Below, in pieces: positions 12,001 through 24,400 of a DNA stretch of 64,000 nt. The stretch comes from Naegleria gruberi (lineage: Eukaryota): NCBI GenBank assembly GCA_000004985.1, contig GG738894.1, one strand, 5' to 3'. Every line of letters starts with the position of its first letter. Position 1 is the first letter of the stretch. A model generated the notes under the pieces. The model had not been told where the DNA came from, did no database searches, and saw only the letters and a list, made by a program, of their open reading frames with translations. The translations under genes were made by a program, and so were the position numbers.

Positions 12001-15000
12001 NNNNNNNNNNNNNNNNNNNNNNNNNNNNNNNNNNNNNNNNNNNNNNNNNNNNNNNNNNNNNNNNNNNNNNNNNNNNNNNNNNNNNNNNNNNNNNNNNNNN
12101 NNNNNNNNNNNNNNNNNNNNNNNNNNNNNNNNNNNNNNNNNNNNNNNNNNNNNNNNNNNNNNNNNNNNNNNNNNNNNNNNNNNNNNNNNNNNNNNNNNNN
12201 NNNNNNNNNNNNNNNNNNNNNNNNNNNNNNNNNNNNNNNNNNNNNNNNNNNNNNNNNNNNNNNNNNNNNNNNNNNNNNNNNNNNNNNNNNNNNNNNNNNN
12301 NNNNNNNNNNNNNNNNNNNNNNNNNNNNNNNNNNNNNNNNNNNNNNNNNNNNNNNNNNNNNNNNNNNNNNNNNNNNNNNNNNNNNNNNNNNNNNNNNNNN
12401 NNNNNNNNNNNNNNNNNNNNNNNNNNNNNNNNNNNNNNNNNNNNNNNNNNNNNNNNNNNNNNNNNNNNNNNNNNNNNNNNNNNNNNNNNNNNNNNNNNNN
12501 NNNNNNNNNNNNNNNNNNNNNNNNNNNNNNNNNNNNNNNNNNNNNNNNNNNNNNNNNNNNNNNNNNNNNNNNNNNNNNNNNNNNNNNNNNNNNNNNNNNN
12601 NNNNNNNNNNNNNNNNNNNNNNNNNNNNNNNNNNNNNNNNNNNNNNNNNNNNNNNNNNNNNNNNNNNNNNNNNNNNNNNNNNNNNNNNNNNNNNNNNNNN
12701 NNNNNNNNNNNNNNNNNNNNNNNNNNNNNNNNNNNNNNNNNNNNNNNNNNNNNNNNNNNNNNNNNNNNNNNNNNNNNNNNNNNNNNNNNNNNNNNNNNNN
12801 NNNNNNNNNNNNNNNNNNNNNNNNNNNNNNNNNNNNNNNNNNNNNNNNNNNNNNNNNNNNNNNNNNNNNNNNNNNNNNNNNNNNNNNNNNNNNNNNNNNN
12901 NNNNNNNNNNNNNNNNNNNNNNNNNNNNNNNNNNNNNNNNNNNNNNNNNNNNNNNNNNNNNNNNNNNNNNNNNNNNNNNNNNNNNNNNNNNNNNNNNNNN
13001 NNNNNNNNNNNNNNNNNNNNNNNNNNNNNNNNNNNNNNNNNNNNNNNNNNNNNNNNNNNNNNNNNNNNNNNNNNNNNNNNNNNNNNNNNNNNNNNNNNNN
13101 NNNNNNNNNNNNNNNNNNNNNNNNNNNNNNNNNNNNNNNNNNNNNNNNNNNNNNNNNNNNNNNNNNNNNNNNNNNNNNNNNNNNNNNNNNNNNNNNNNNN
13201 NNNNNNNNNNNNNNNNNNNNNNNNNNNNNNNNNNNNNNNNNNNNNNNNNNNNNNNNNNNNNNNNNNNNNNNNNNNNNNNNNNNNNNNNNNNNNNNNNNNN
13301 NNNNNNNNNNNNNNNNNNNNNNNNNNNNNNNNNNNNNNNNNNNNNNNNNNNNNNNNNNNNNNNNNNNNNNNNNNNNNNNNNNNNNNNNNNNNNNNNNNNN
13401 NNNNNNNNNNNNNNNNNNNNNNNNNNNNNNNNNNNNNNNNNNNNNNNNNNNNNNNNNNNNNNNNNNNNNNNNNNNNNNNNNNNNNNNNNNNNNNNNNNNN
13501 NNNNNNNNNNNNNNNNNNNNNNNNNNNNNNNNNNNNNNNNNNNNNNNNNNNNNNNNNNNNNNNNNNNNNNNNNNNNNNNNNNNNNNNNNNNNNNNNNNNN
13601 NNNNNNNNNNNNNNNNNNNNNNNNNNNNNNNNNNNNNNNNNNNNNNNNNNNNNNNNNNNNNNNNNNNNNNNNNNNNNNNNNNNNNNNNNNNNNNNNNNNN
13701 NNNNNNNNNNNNNNNNNNNNNNNNNNNNNNNNNNNNNNNNNNNNNNNNNNNNNNNNNNNNNNNNNNNNNNNNNNNNNNNNNNNNNNNNNNNNNNNNNNNN
13801 NNNNNNNNNNNNNNNNNNNNNNNNNNNNNNNNNNNNNNNNNNNNNNNNNNNNNNNNNNNNNNNNNNNNNNNNNNNNNNNNNNNNNNNNNNNNNNNNNNNN
13901 NNNNNNNNNNNNNNNNNNNNNNNNNNNNNNNNNNNNNNNNNNNNNNNNNNNNNNNNNNNNNNNNNNNNNNNNNNNNNNNNNNNNNNNNNNNNNNNNNNNN
14001 NNNNNNNNNNNNNNNNNNNNNNNNNNNNNNNNNNNNNNNNNNNNNNNNNNNNNNNNNNNNNNNNNNNNNNNNNNNNNNNNNNNNNNNNNNNNNNNNNNNN
14101 NNNNNNNNNNNNNNNNNNNNNNNNNNNNNNNNNNNNNNNNNNNNNNNNNNNNNNNNNNNNNNNNNNNNNNNNNNNNNNNNNNNNNNNNNNNNNNNNNNNN
14201 NNNNNNNNNNNNNNNNNNNNNNNNNNNNNNNNNNNNNNNNNNNNNNNNNNNNNNNNNNNNNNNNNNNNNNNNNNNNNNNNNNNNNNNNNNNNNNNNNNNN
14301 NNNNNNNNNNNNNNNNNNNNNNNNNNNNNNNNNNNNNNNNNNNNNNNNNNNNNNNNNNNNNNNNNNNNNNNNNNNNNNNNNNNNNNNNNNNNNNNNNNNN
14401 NNNNNNNNNNNNNNNNNNNNNNNNNNNNNNNNNNNNNNNNNNNNNNNNNNNNNNNNNNNNNNNNNNNNNNNNNNNNNNNNNNNNNNNNNNNNNNNNNNNN
14501 NNNNNNNNNNNNNNNNNNNNNNNNNNNNNNNNNNNNNNNNNNNNNNNNNNNNNNNNNNNNNNNNNNNNNNNNNNNNNNNNNNNNNNNNNNNNNNNNNNNN
14601 NNNNNNNNNNNNNNNNNNNNNNNNNNNNNNNNNNNNNNNNNNNNNNNNNNNNNNNNNNNNNNNNNNNNNNNNNNNNNNNNNNNNNNNNNNNNNNNNNNNN
14701 NNNNNNNNNNNNNNNNNNNNNNNNNNNNNNNNNNNNNNNNNNNNNNNNNNNNNNNNNNNNNNNNNNNNNNNNNNNNNNNNNNNNNNNNNNNNNNNNNNNN
14801 NNNNNNNNNNNNNNNNNNNNNNNNNNNNNNNNNNNNNNNNNNNNNNNNNNNNNNNNNNNNNNNNNNNNNNNNNNNNNNNNNNNNNNNNNNNNNNNNNNNN
14901 NNNNNNNNNNNNNNNNNNNNNNNNNNNNNNNNNNNNNNNNNNNNNNNNNNNNNNNNNNNNNNNNNNNNNNNNNNNNNNNNNNNNNNNNNNNNNNNNNNNN

Positions 15001-16943
15001 NNNNNNNNNNNNNNNNNNNNNNNNNNNNNNNNNNNNNNNNNNNNNNNNNNNNNNNNNNNNNNNNNNNNNNNNNNNNNNNNNNNNNNNNNNNNNNNNNNNN
15101 NNNNNNNNNNNNNNNNNNNNNNNNNNNNNNNNNNNNNNNNNNNNNNNNNNNNNNNNNNNNNNNNNNNNNNNNNNNNNNNNNNNNNNNNNNNNNNNNNNNN
15201 NNNNNNNNNNNNNNNNNNNNNNNNNNNNNNNNNNNNNNNNNNNNNNNNNNNNNNNNNNNNNNNNNNNNNNNNNNNNNNNNNNNNNNNNNNNNNNNNNNNN
15301 NNNNNNNNNNNNNNNNNNNNNNNNNNNNNNNNNNNNNNNNNNNNNNNNNNNNNNNNNNNNNNNNNNNNNNNNNNNNNNNNNNNNNNNNNNNNNNNNNNNN
15401 NNNNNNNNNNNNNNNNNNNNNNNNNNNNNNNNNNNNNNNNNNNNNNNNNNNNNNNNNNNNNNNNNNNNNNNNNNNNNNNNNNNNNNNNNNNNNNNNNNNN
15501 NNNNNNNNNNNNNNNNNNNNNNNNNNNNNNNNNNNNNNNNNNNNNNNNNNNNNNNNNNNNNNNNNNNNNNNNNNNNNNNNNNNNNNNNNNNNNNNNNNNN
15601 NNNNNNNNNNNNNNNNNNNNNNNNNNNNNNNNNNNNNNNNNNNNNNNNNNNNNNNNNNNNNNNNNNNNNNNNNNNNNNNNNNNNNNNNNNNNNNNNNNNN
15701 NNNNNNNNNNNNNNNNNNNNNNNNNNNNNNNNNNNNNNNNNNNNNNNNNNNNNNNNNNNNNNNNNNNNNNNNNNNNNNNNNNNNNNNNNNNNNNNNNNNN
15801 NNNNNNNNNNNNNNNNNNNNNNNNNNNNNNNNNNNNNNNNNNNNNNNNNNNNNNNNNNNNNNNNNNNNNNNNNNNNNNNNNNNNNNNNNNNNNNNNNNNN
15901 NNNNNNNNNNNNNNNNNNNNNNNNNNNNNNNNNNNNNNNNNNNNNNNNNNNNNNNNNNNNNNNNNNNNNNNNNNNNNNNNNNNNNNNNNNNNNNNNNNNN
16001 NNNNNNNNNNNNNNNNNNNNNNNNNNNNNNNNNNNNNNNNNNNNNNNNNNNNNNNNNNNNNNNNNNNNNNNNNNNNNNNNNNNNNNNNNNNNNNNNNNNN
16101 NNNNNNNNNNNNNNNNNNNNNNNNNNNNNNNNNNNNNNNNNNNNNNNNNNNNNNNNNNNNNNNNNNNNNNNNNNNNNNNNNNNNNNNNNNNNNNNNNNNN
16201 NNNNNNNNNNNNNNNNNNNNNNNNNNNNNNNNNNNNNNNNNNNNNNNNNNNNNNNNNNNNNNNNNNNNNNNNNNNNNNNNNNNNNNNNNNNNNNNNNNNN
16301 NNNNNNNNNNNNNNNNNNNNNNNNNNNNNNNNNNNNNNNNNNNNNNNNNNNNNNNNNNNNNNNNNNNNNNNNNNNNNNNNNNNNNNNNNNNNNNNNNNNN
16401 NNNNNNNNNNNNNNNNNNNNNNNNNNNNNNNNNNNNNNNNNNNNNNNNNNNNNNNNNNNNNNNNNNNNNNNNNNNNNNNNNNNNNNNNNNNNNNNNNNNN
16501 NNNNNNNNNNNNNNNNNNNNNNNNNNNNNNNNNNNNNNNNNNNNNNNNNNNNNNNNNNNNNNNNNNNNNNNNNNNNNNNNNNNNNNNNNNNNNNNNNNNN
16601 NNNNNNNNNNNNNNNNNNNNNNNNNNNNNNNNNNNNNNNNNNNNNNNNNNNNNNNNNNNNNNNNNNNNNNNNNNNNNNNNNNNNNNNNNNNNNNNNNNNN
16701 NNNNNNNNNNNNNNNNNNNNNNNNNNNNNNNNNNNNNNNNNNNNNNNNNNNNNNNNNNNNNNNNNNNNNNNNNNNNNNNNNNNNNNNNNNNNNNNNNNNN
16801 NNNNNNNNNNNNNNNNNNNNNNNNNNNNNNNNNNNNNNNNNNNNNNNNNNNNNNNNNNNNNNNNNNNNNNNNNNNNNNNNNNNNNNNNNNNNNNNNNNNN
16901 NNNNNNNNNNNNNNNNNNNNNNNNNNNNNNNNNNNNNNNNNNN
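1..16943. other. assembly gap (run of N)
   Basis: 16,943 consecutive n characters; no sequence information. Confidence 0.99.
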
Positions 16944-17035
16944 AGAACCTAAGTTGAATTATTTTGATTAGATATACATTATAAACGTTGAACACATAAC
17001 ATAGCACTATGATTTTCAAACAAGGAAACAATAAT

Positions 17036-18295
17036 TTATTGTTGGTTGAGCATTTCCTTAAGTTTGGCAATTTCTAATTGCTGATTCGACACTATTTCTT
17101 TTAACTTCATAATTTCAGAAAACATAAACTGCATTGGTTCAGAAACTGGGGCAAATGATGAAATAGGTGGGAGGGTATTATTTACAGGGATTGGAGTTGT
17201 CATCATTGCATCGCCATGACTCACTACAGTAGTTTGATCTGTTTCAATCTTCACTTTCTTATCAGAATCATTATCTTCATCATCTCTCTTTCTCTTTTGA
17301 GATTCAACAGAAGAAGATGTAGAAGTCACTACAGTTCCTGGCTCAATATACAATTTTCTCTTAGTGTCCTTATCAAGTTGCAATCTACTTCTGGATCTAA
17401 TCCAGAAAAAGCTGGAAACTGCAATACATTCATCATCTTGATTATAAATTTCAATGTAACCTATTCTCGATGATGAACTTCCCTTCAAGGTTGTAATCTT
17501 TTGTGGAATTGTAACTGTACACTCGAATGTTGTTAAATTATTCATATTATTAGGTTTAAAAGCTTCAGATGAAACTATAACACCATCTGCAGAACCATCC
17601 TTCAATTTCAATTTACAAGTACATCTATTAAAAGCTTGAGATGAAATATGGAGAGAATCACGAATAGTGAGGTTATGTGAAGTATCTGGAGGAGCTTTCT
17701 TAGAGTCATTCAAAAGGAAACCTTCTTTACAAACAAATGAATGAGATGGAATTTCACCCTTCCAGTAGTTAGAGAAACTCAAAATTGGGATAGAGGAAGT
17801 ATTCTTTGAAGGTGTAGATCTTTTTGGTTTTTGTTCTTCTCCAACAGCGCTATTCTTTCTCGTAGTAGTTATATTTGAAATATTTTGGAAGGTTTGGATT
17901 GGTTTGATTTCTGATGGACACATTTCATCTCCTGATGATGAACTTGAGCTAGAGTCAGAAAGATTAGATTGTTTTGCTCTTATCAACTCGTTAGTCTTCA
18001 TCAATTTCTTTTGATGTATAGAAGTTAATGGCATTGTTTTGATAGAGTTATCCATAGTCGAAATTGATTGAATTGCAGCTGGTGCAGTATTATTAGTTAT
18101 TGGTTGTTTAACTATTTGAAATGGTTGGGAAAATGGATTAGTATATGCTTGAGCTCCAACAGAATTGAGTACAGATTCTGGTTTGAATGGAGATGATGTA
18201 ATACTAGTATTGGTTGGATTGTTAGTAGGATTCATTAGAAAGAAAGTTGGTGGTAAAGGCTTTTCAGAAAGGTGTGGCATGAATGAATGAGTCAT
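17036..18295 (-). CDS. hypothetical S/T/N-rich protein, possible nuclear factor (globular Cys-containing core, KRKRDDED basic patch, C-terminal coiled coil)
   Basis: Uninterrupted 419-aa ORF with a genuine ATG at 18295-18293. Core NYWKGEIPSHSF...IYNQDDECIAVSSFFWIRSRS is flanked by low-complexity Ser/Thr/Asn segments. Heptad-like C-terminus MKLKEIVSNQQLEIAKLKEMLNQQ. Family not recognised with certainty. Confidence 0.5.
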   Translation of the reverse strand: MTHSFMPHLSEKPLPPTFFLMNPTNNPTNTSITSSPFKPESVLNSVGAQAYTNPFSQPFQIVKQPITNNTAPAAIQSISTMDNSIKTMPLTSIHQKKLMKTNELIRAKQSNLSDSSSSSSSGDEMCPSEIKPIQTFQNISNITTTRKNSAVGEEQKPKRSTPSKNTSSIPILSFSNYWKGEIPSHSFVCKEGFLLNDSKKAPPDTSHNLTIRDSLHISSQAFNRCTCKLKLKDGSADGVIVSSEAFKPNNMNNLTTFECTVTIPQKITTLKGSSSSRIGYIEIYNQDDECIAVSSFFWIRSRSRLQLDKDTKRKLYIEPGTVVTSTSSSVESQKRKRDDEDNDSDKKVKIETDQTTVVSHGDAMMTTPIPVNNTLPPISSFAPVSEPMQFMFSEIMKLKEIVSNQQLEIAKLKEMLNQQ

Positions 18296-19348
18296 ATTGT
18301 GTTTGCTCTGATTTATATATCAGCTTGCGGAGTTGTGTGTATTGCTAAGTTCTTTTTAGAAGGACAAAATTTATAGTGTTGAATTGGAATGTTAGTCTTG
18401 TTTAAATTATCCTCTCTTCAGAGTAAGTATGTTGATATTCCTTAGAGGTTACGAGCGTGTGATTTTTTTTCTTGTTGATTTTGGAAAACAATTTTGCTAG
18501 CTTTATTGATGAATTCTTCACTTTGAGCTAAAAATAGATAGCGAACATTAACTTTTGTCTTCCAATTTCACGTTGGTTGAATATTAATGGGCAGGTTAAA
18601 TTTAAAACGTGTTTTATCCAAATATTCAAAGACATCCATCACTTTCAAAGGATCGTTTGTTGTTGGTGGTCTAACTAATTATTGCGTTTTTGTGCATATT
18701 GATACGTTTGTGCATATCTCTTTGATATCAAAATCTTTGTTGTTGTTATTAATACTTCAATTTTGTTCCTACACCTTCAAGCTGGAAAGAAACCAAGTGA
18801 CACTAATCTCTATGGTGAAACTGCGAGGTGAGAAATCGAAGGAAGTACGCATAAAATCTGTCGTTGAAAATTGAGGAATTTGGTAGGATTAGTGAGACCG
18901 CCCTTCACGGAACCTGACGTGTGGCGATGAACTTGGAAGAAAAAGAAGGAATTTAAATTAGGTGGTAAGAGTTGTTACCGATGTCTCGATTAAATGTGTG
19001 AAACAATGCTATTATAGAGGGCATCATCACAGTTGACAGGATTAATGATGTAATATTACAACGTGTTATGAACATATCTACGGTTCCTTTCCGTGATTGA
19101 TTTGAATAACAGTGAAGAAGAGGAACTATCATAGTTCAACAGCTGAAATTCAGAACTGCACCTTCAAATCTACGGTAGAGCAAGGAATTCAAAATGTAAA
19201 AATAATGGTATGGTTCATCATTATCCAATAATGAAAATCATTAATTGTATATCAGTGTGAATGGGTGTTTTTGAAATCAAGCATTCCACTTCTAGTTTCT
19301 TGAAAATCGTCTTCTAATTGCCTTCTAAAATGATTAAGGATTATCTAC

Positions 19349-20844
19349 CTAACTCCACGGATAGAAATTGCTGAACAGTAAGCATCCTACCATCGAAAAA
19401 GATATGAAATAGAAAATAATAAGCTGTTTCCATTTGGATTCCATTCCTAATGAAATGAATTGTCCAATAAACCAATACATTGCAGGAGTTGTAGAGGAGA
19501 GGAATCTTGTTAGAACCTGAACATGCATTAATAACAATCCCTGTAATAAGAGAACCAACCAGTAGAAAATATAAACGAAAATTTGGTTGTTGGTTTCGAA
19601 TAGAGACTTTTCTTGAGGATGAGTGGGAAAGAGACCAATAGAGATGAATCTCATCTTGTCGTGTGAAAAGTATTGATAAATGGCTGTTAATGATATTAAT
19701 ATCTGTATTGAGGATTAATGAGAAATTAATAAGACGAAAATATACTTACCATAGGACTAGCAAGCAAGAAATTTGGAATTTGTTTGAATTCGTAATATTT
19801 GAATAGTCCAACATTCCAATATTTGCTTTGTACGTAACCATAGAGGTGAGGTAATGTTGATTGGCACCATGGATGATATTTGGAAATGTAATCCTTTCCA
19901 ATTGGAGAGCTTAATCCGTTTTGAGCAGTGCAGAATGAGATATATCCATAATATTGAAATAATAAATAAGGTAACATTACGGATGCACATCCTACAATGA
20001 TATATTTTACAAAATCAAAAAGAAAGTATTTGAATAATTTTGAAATTCTGTCTTCAGACTTTCTATTTTTCCATAAATTAAATTGGTCGAATATAAATTG
20101 ATAAATGTAAAATCCACAAAGAGCTATTCCATTTCCTCTTGTTGCAGTTGCCAGGCAAAAAAATAGACATGATAGTACGTGTCTTTTCTTTGCATGGAAA
20201 TACATTCCCAACAGTGAGAATAGGGAGAACATGCTCTCTGTATAGGCTACACTCATAAAAACAGTAGCAGGATTAATAATATACAGTAGAGTACTAATCT
20301 TGATGAGTTTCCAATTATTTCCAAATAGTTCCTTAGTCAGCTTGATAAATACATAAACCGAAATTATGAAACAAATATTCGAAATTAGTACTCCACTAAT
20401 TACATAATCGTCTACATGATGTAATTGACTACCACTGAATAAAAATTCTCTAACAGGTTGAACAACAAACAATGTCAAATATCGTACACTGAAGGGAAAG
20501 AGAGGAAAGAAGGCAAAAAAATTCTCATATTCATAATAACCAACTTTTGCAATCCTCATGAAGAAAACACTATCCCAATGGGCGAAACCCTTTCCGAAAA
20601 ATTGATTAGAATTTGTTTCATAATCAATGTAATTTGTTGTTGATGAAGAATTATTCAGAGAGGACATAACATAGGAAGATGAATCATAATCTTTCACAAG
20701 CCAATCATTTAATATTATCCATCCAATTATTACTATTCTAAATATCACTGTATAGAAGCAATATTTCCTGGTAATATTTTCTTGCTGATCAATTACTTGT
20801 ATTGTGTTTTTAGTTTCATTCCGTGATGAAGAATTTTCTTGCAT
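19349..20844 (-). CDS. PIGV: GPI mannosyltransferase 2 (PIG-V/Gpi18 family), two exons (20844..19750 and 19702..19349) joined across a 47-nt intron
   Basis: Motif HWDSVFFMRIAKVGYYEYENFFAFFPLFP matches the PIG-V signature (HWDAEHF..IAEHGY..E...AFFP). Multiple TM helices. ORF 19726-20844 ends ...SPM followed on the minus strand by GTAAGTATATTTTCGTCTTATTAATTTCTCATTAATCCTCAATACAG. Downstream ORF 19349-19654 continues in frame with more TM helices. Exon lengths 1095+354 nt = 483 codons, similar to PIG-V (~490 aa). Confidence 0.6.
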
Positions 20845-20962
20845 TTTTTAAAAATCAAATTGTGTAACGGCAAATTTCCTTTAAATTTAGATATTGAAAA
20901 TTCCCTCCAAAAACGTAAACAACAAAAAAGATATTCAAAAATACATTAAGGCGGTAAAAAAA

Positions 20963-21478
20963 ATGCATGAACAACGAAGTAGACATCATCATCACCATCA
21001 CAAGATATCAATCAACAACACTGGAAATACATCAACATTATCGGCGAACAATAATAATAATGGTAATGGCAATAACAATGGTAATCGGAGGATAAAATAC
21101 AACTTTTTTCATAGACTGGATGGAGTATCTTCGGGACAGAGAGAAGAGCCAGAAAGTATGATAGAAATAATGGAAAAGGAGGATGACCGAGTAAAAAAGG
21201 AAGAAGAAACAAGAAAACACTTTGAGGAAATTCACCGATTGGAAGAGGAAATGGATAAAAGACGAATAGTAAAGAATGAAATGAAAAATATGAGAGACAA
21301 GAGAAAACAAAAAAGGGAAAAAAGAATAGCCATGAAAGTTCTCTTGTTAATGAATGAAGAAAGAGCCAAGGAATTGAAACCTCAATTCATGGAATTCAAA
21401 CACGGACGTTTATCAAGATATGATGTGAGTAGTTCATTTTATGAAATAATTAACTTTGGTAGTTTATGGCAGTTATGA
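20963..21478 (+). CDS. His/Asn/Glu/Lys-rich ORF (HHHHHH, NNNNNGNGNNNGN, charged coiled-coil segment); separate small gene or 5' exon of the downstream WD40 gene
   Basis: Open frame 20894-21478. The track start is TTG; the first ATG is at 20963. Purine-rich composition makes chance ORFs more likely. It overlaps the WD40 ATG (21466) by 13 nt in another frame. A GTGAGT donor at 21425 and a TAG acceptor at 21460-21462 would join it in frame (..RYD|FMAVMK..) through a 38-nt intron. Confidence 0.3.
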   Translation: MHEQRSRHHHHHHKISINNTGNTSTLSANNNNNGNGNNNGNRRIKYNFFHRLDGVSSGQREEPESMIEIMEKEDDRVKKEEETRKHFEEIHRLEEEMDKRRIVKNEMKNMRDKRKQKREKRIAMKVLLLMNEERAKELKPQFMEFKHGRLSRYDVSSSFYEIINFGSLWQL

Positions 21479-24400
21479 AAGATTTTGTAGTAAAATATTC
21501 GGAAAAGGATTACGGTTCATTGAGTGAACCTCCTTCATCACCAATTGAGGAGGAGGCTTCATCCGCATTGACATATACTGAATACTTTCAAAATTCATCA
21601 GAGGATGAGAGAAATTTGGTTTTAAACTTGTGCGAGCTTTTTAATGAAATTGATTTTACTGGAGAGAAGTATATAACTTGGGATGATTTCATGTCATACT
21701 TGTTGGATGCTGTTTCGGATCAATCATCTAAGGAAGATCAAATCAAAGAATATGGCCTCTCGTTTACATCTCCTGGAAGTGATATCGATGATGCAATCAA
21801 AAAGATTTGTTATTTTGATAACTGGGACAAGATAGTGACATGTGGAAAAACTAAAAGATGTAGAATTTATGAGGCAAAAGATATGTCTGTTGTTGCATCT
21901 CTTCCAGACCATGATGGTGCAATTTTAGATGCAGAATATTTACCAAATCCTTATAATTTATTAGTGACAAGTTCTGCAGATCTGAGTGTTCGTTTTTGGA
22001 ATACATCAAGGCTAGAGTTTGATTTGGAATATTTGGAACAGCAAGATGTTACTCAAACAGCCATTAAATTTTATCCAAGGAATAATATTCTATTCACAGC
22101 ATCAAGAACTGGTGATCTAACATACTGGGTTCATGGTATTCCTCCAAATGACTATAGAAAAAAAGCTCATCTAGACAAAATTACAACAATAGGTGTAACT
22201 CCAAAGTATCAAAAGCAACAAAATAAGGATAGTTCAAGGGAGGTTTTCTATCAAAGCAGGAGGATACCAAATCTCCATCAAGATGTCATTACAGATATGA
22301 TAGCCCTTCCAATGGATAATAGAGTAGTGACAAGCTCTCTAGATTCTACAATCAAAATTTTTGATGTGGAAAAGGAGGTGAAAGTGAAAGAGTTTTTAGG
22401 CCACAACAAGGGTGTTGTTTCCATAGCATGGACTAACGAATACCATTTCTTAATTAGTGCTGGGTCTGAAAGAGAGCCTCTTGTATGGATTGCCAATGTG
22501 GAAAATAGATCACCATTCAGATTGAGAGATCAAAGAAGCCCTCACCAACACTCTTTGATTGGTGTTTATGCAGTTCCTAATACTCCTCAAATTATTAGTG
22601 CTGACCATAGAGGTTTAATCAAGATTTGGGATATCAGAACTCACAGATGCTGTCAAACAATTTACACAGAGCAAAATCTTCCCAAAACCGATTTCCATAA
22701 CTTTTACCTGAATTCTTTTGCCTACATGAACCAGAGAAAGCAGATTGTCACTGCTAGTAGAACAATCAAATTATATGAATATGAAAGAACTGAGAAACCA
22801 AAGGGTGCCGATGATTATCCACTTATTTTAGCACTTTATAATCCATCAAATCTCCATTTTATGTCATGTTCCAGAAAAGGAGTCAAGCTGTGGGATGCTC
22901 TTAGTGGAGCTTGTTCTAAAAATTTCAGAAATATTTCAACAACAGATATTACAGCAGCATGCATTGATGACAGAGGAAGAAAGTTTATTGTTGGAAATCA
23001 TTCAGGAGAAATTATTTGTTATAATTTCTCTAATGCCAGTCTCGTTAAACAAATGAGTATTTTCCAAAGCGAAATCACAAGTCTTACATACTGTGACGAT
23101 GGATCGAAATGCATTGTTGTTGGTTCAGCTGATGGAAATGTAGCTATAGTTTTGGATAAGACTAATTATGAAGTTAAGGAACTCAAATTTGCCCACAAGA
23201 CAGAAGTAAAATGCTCCTCCTTCTCAAGAACCTATGCTATAACAGTAACAGGAGACGCTTCATCTTATTGCTTCCTTTGGGATATGAAAAATTATTCCAA
23301 ATTGGCAGAAATCAAAGGTCAAGGTGGTGAAATTACAGCTCTTTGTTTTATGGGTGTTTTACCTGCTTTTATTGCTGCTGAGAATACTGGACGACTCATA
23401 ATGTATACAACCAGACCATTCCATACACCAAACATCCCTATTGTACAGTGGTTCAACGAATCTAAAACCGAAACAAGACAAGACTCTTCACAAAGCGATA
23501 ACAGATCATTTATTACTGAAACACCAGCAACAACCTCTACCCCATTTTCTAATTTATTCTACCCTTCCATTGTTTTAAATGATGACACATCTAGCTTGAA
23601 ATCAGGTAACACAATTCCAGTTGAACCAAACAGAAACCAACTCTATCATATTGTCACTGCTCTTGAGTATGATTTTACATGTAACAGATTAATTACAGGA
23701 GACGAGAAAGGTTTTATTTGTGTATATGATATGGAGAATATTGTTGAGGAAGCTCAGATTAGATTATCTTCAAGAATGTCTCTAGGTCCAAAGATTCCAC
23801 TTTCTGAGATTTCAAAATTGAGACCAGAAAAAATCGCTAGATTTAAGGCCCACACGGATGCCATTTCAAAGATTCAAATTATCAGAGAACCATATAGTAT
23901 TCTAACTTCTTCATTGGATTCTTGTTCTGCCATTTGGACATTTAATGGAGAGTTAATGGACTCTTTAAGACAAGAAACTAAGGAGTGGAATGACGTCGAG
24001 TTTGAAAAGATTATGAACGATCCAACAATTGTAAATCCAAAACCATTCAATTTCCCTATTAACCTTGAAGAAAGAAGAAAAGAAGATGCTCTTACTGTCT
24101 CTGGAGTGATTGAGAAAATTACAAAACAATTGAGATTAATCGGTATTTGGAAATCTACGACTAGAGAAAGCAATTCATCCAAGAAGGATGTTATATCCAT
24201 TCTTAACACATTTGAAAAGTCATCTTCTTCAGCCATGTTTATGCGAAGAGGCTCTAGATCTAGTCCTCTAACCAGTCCATCTGTTACCTCTTTCCAATTC
24301 GACACCAAGAAGGTAGAAGATCAGACACCTCCTCCTGAGGGTGTTTTCAATAGAATCTCTCGGTCTCAATCACCAATAAGAACGCCATCACCTTCTCTTC

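Noticed and set aside
17216-17473. 85-aa plus-strand ORF and similar small antisense ORFs (e.g. 19757-19990, 21012-21310, 26146-26439, 28044-28431)
   Set aside because: Each is fully nested antisense or out of frame within a longer, domain-bearing CDS and encodes low-complexity or hydrophobic junk.
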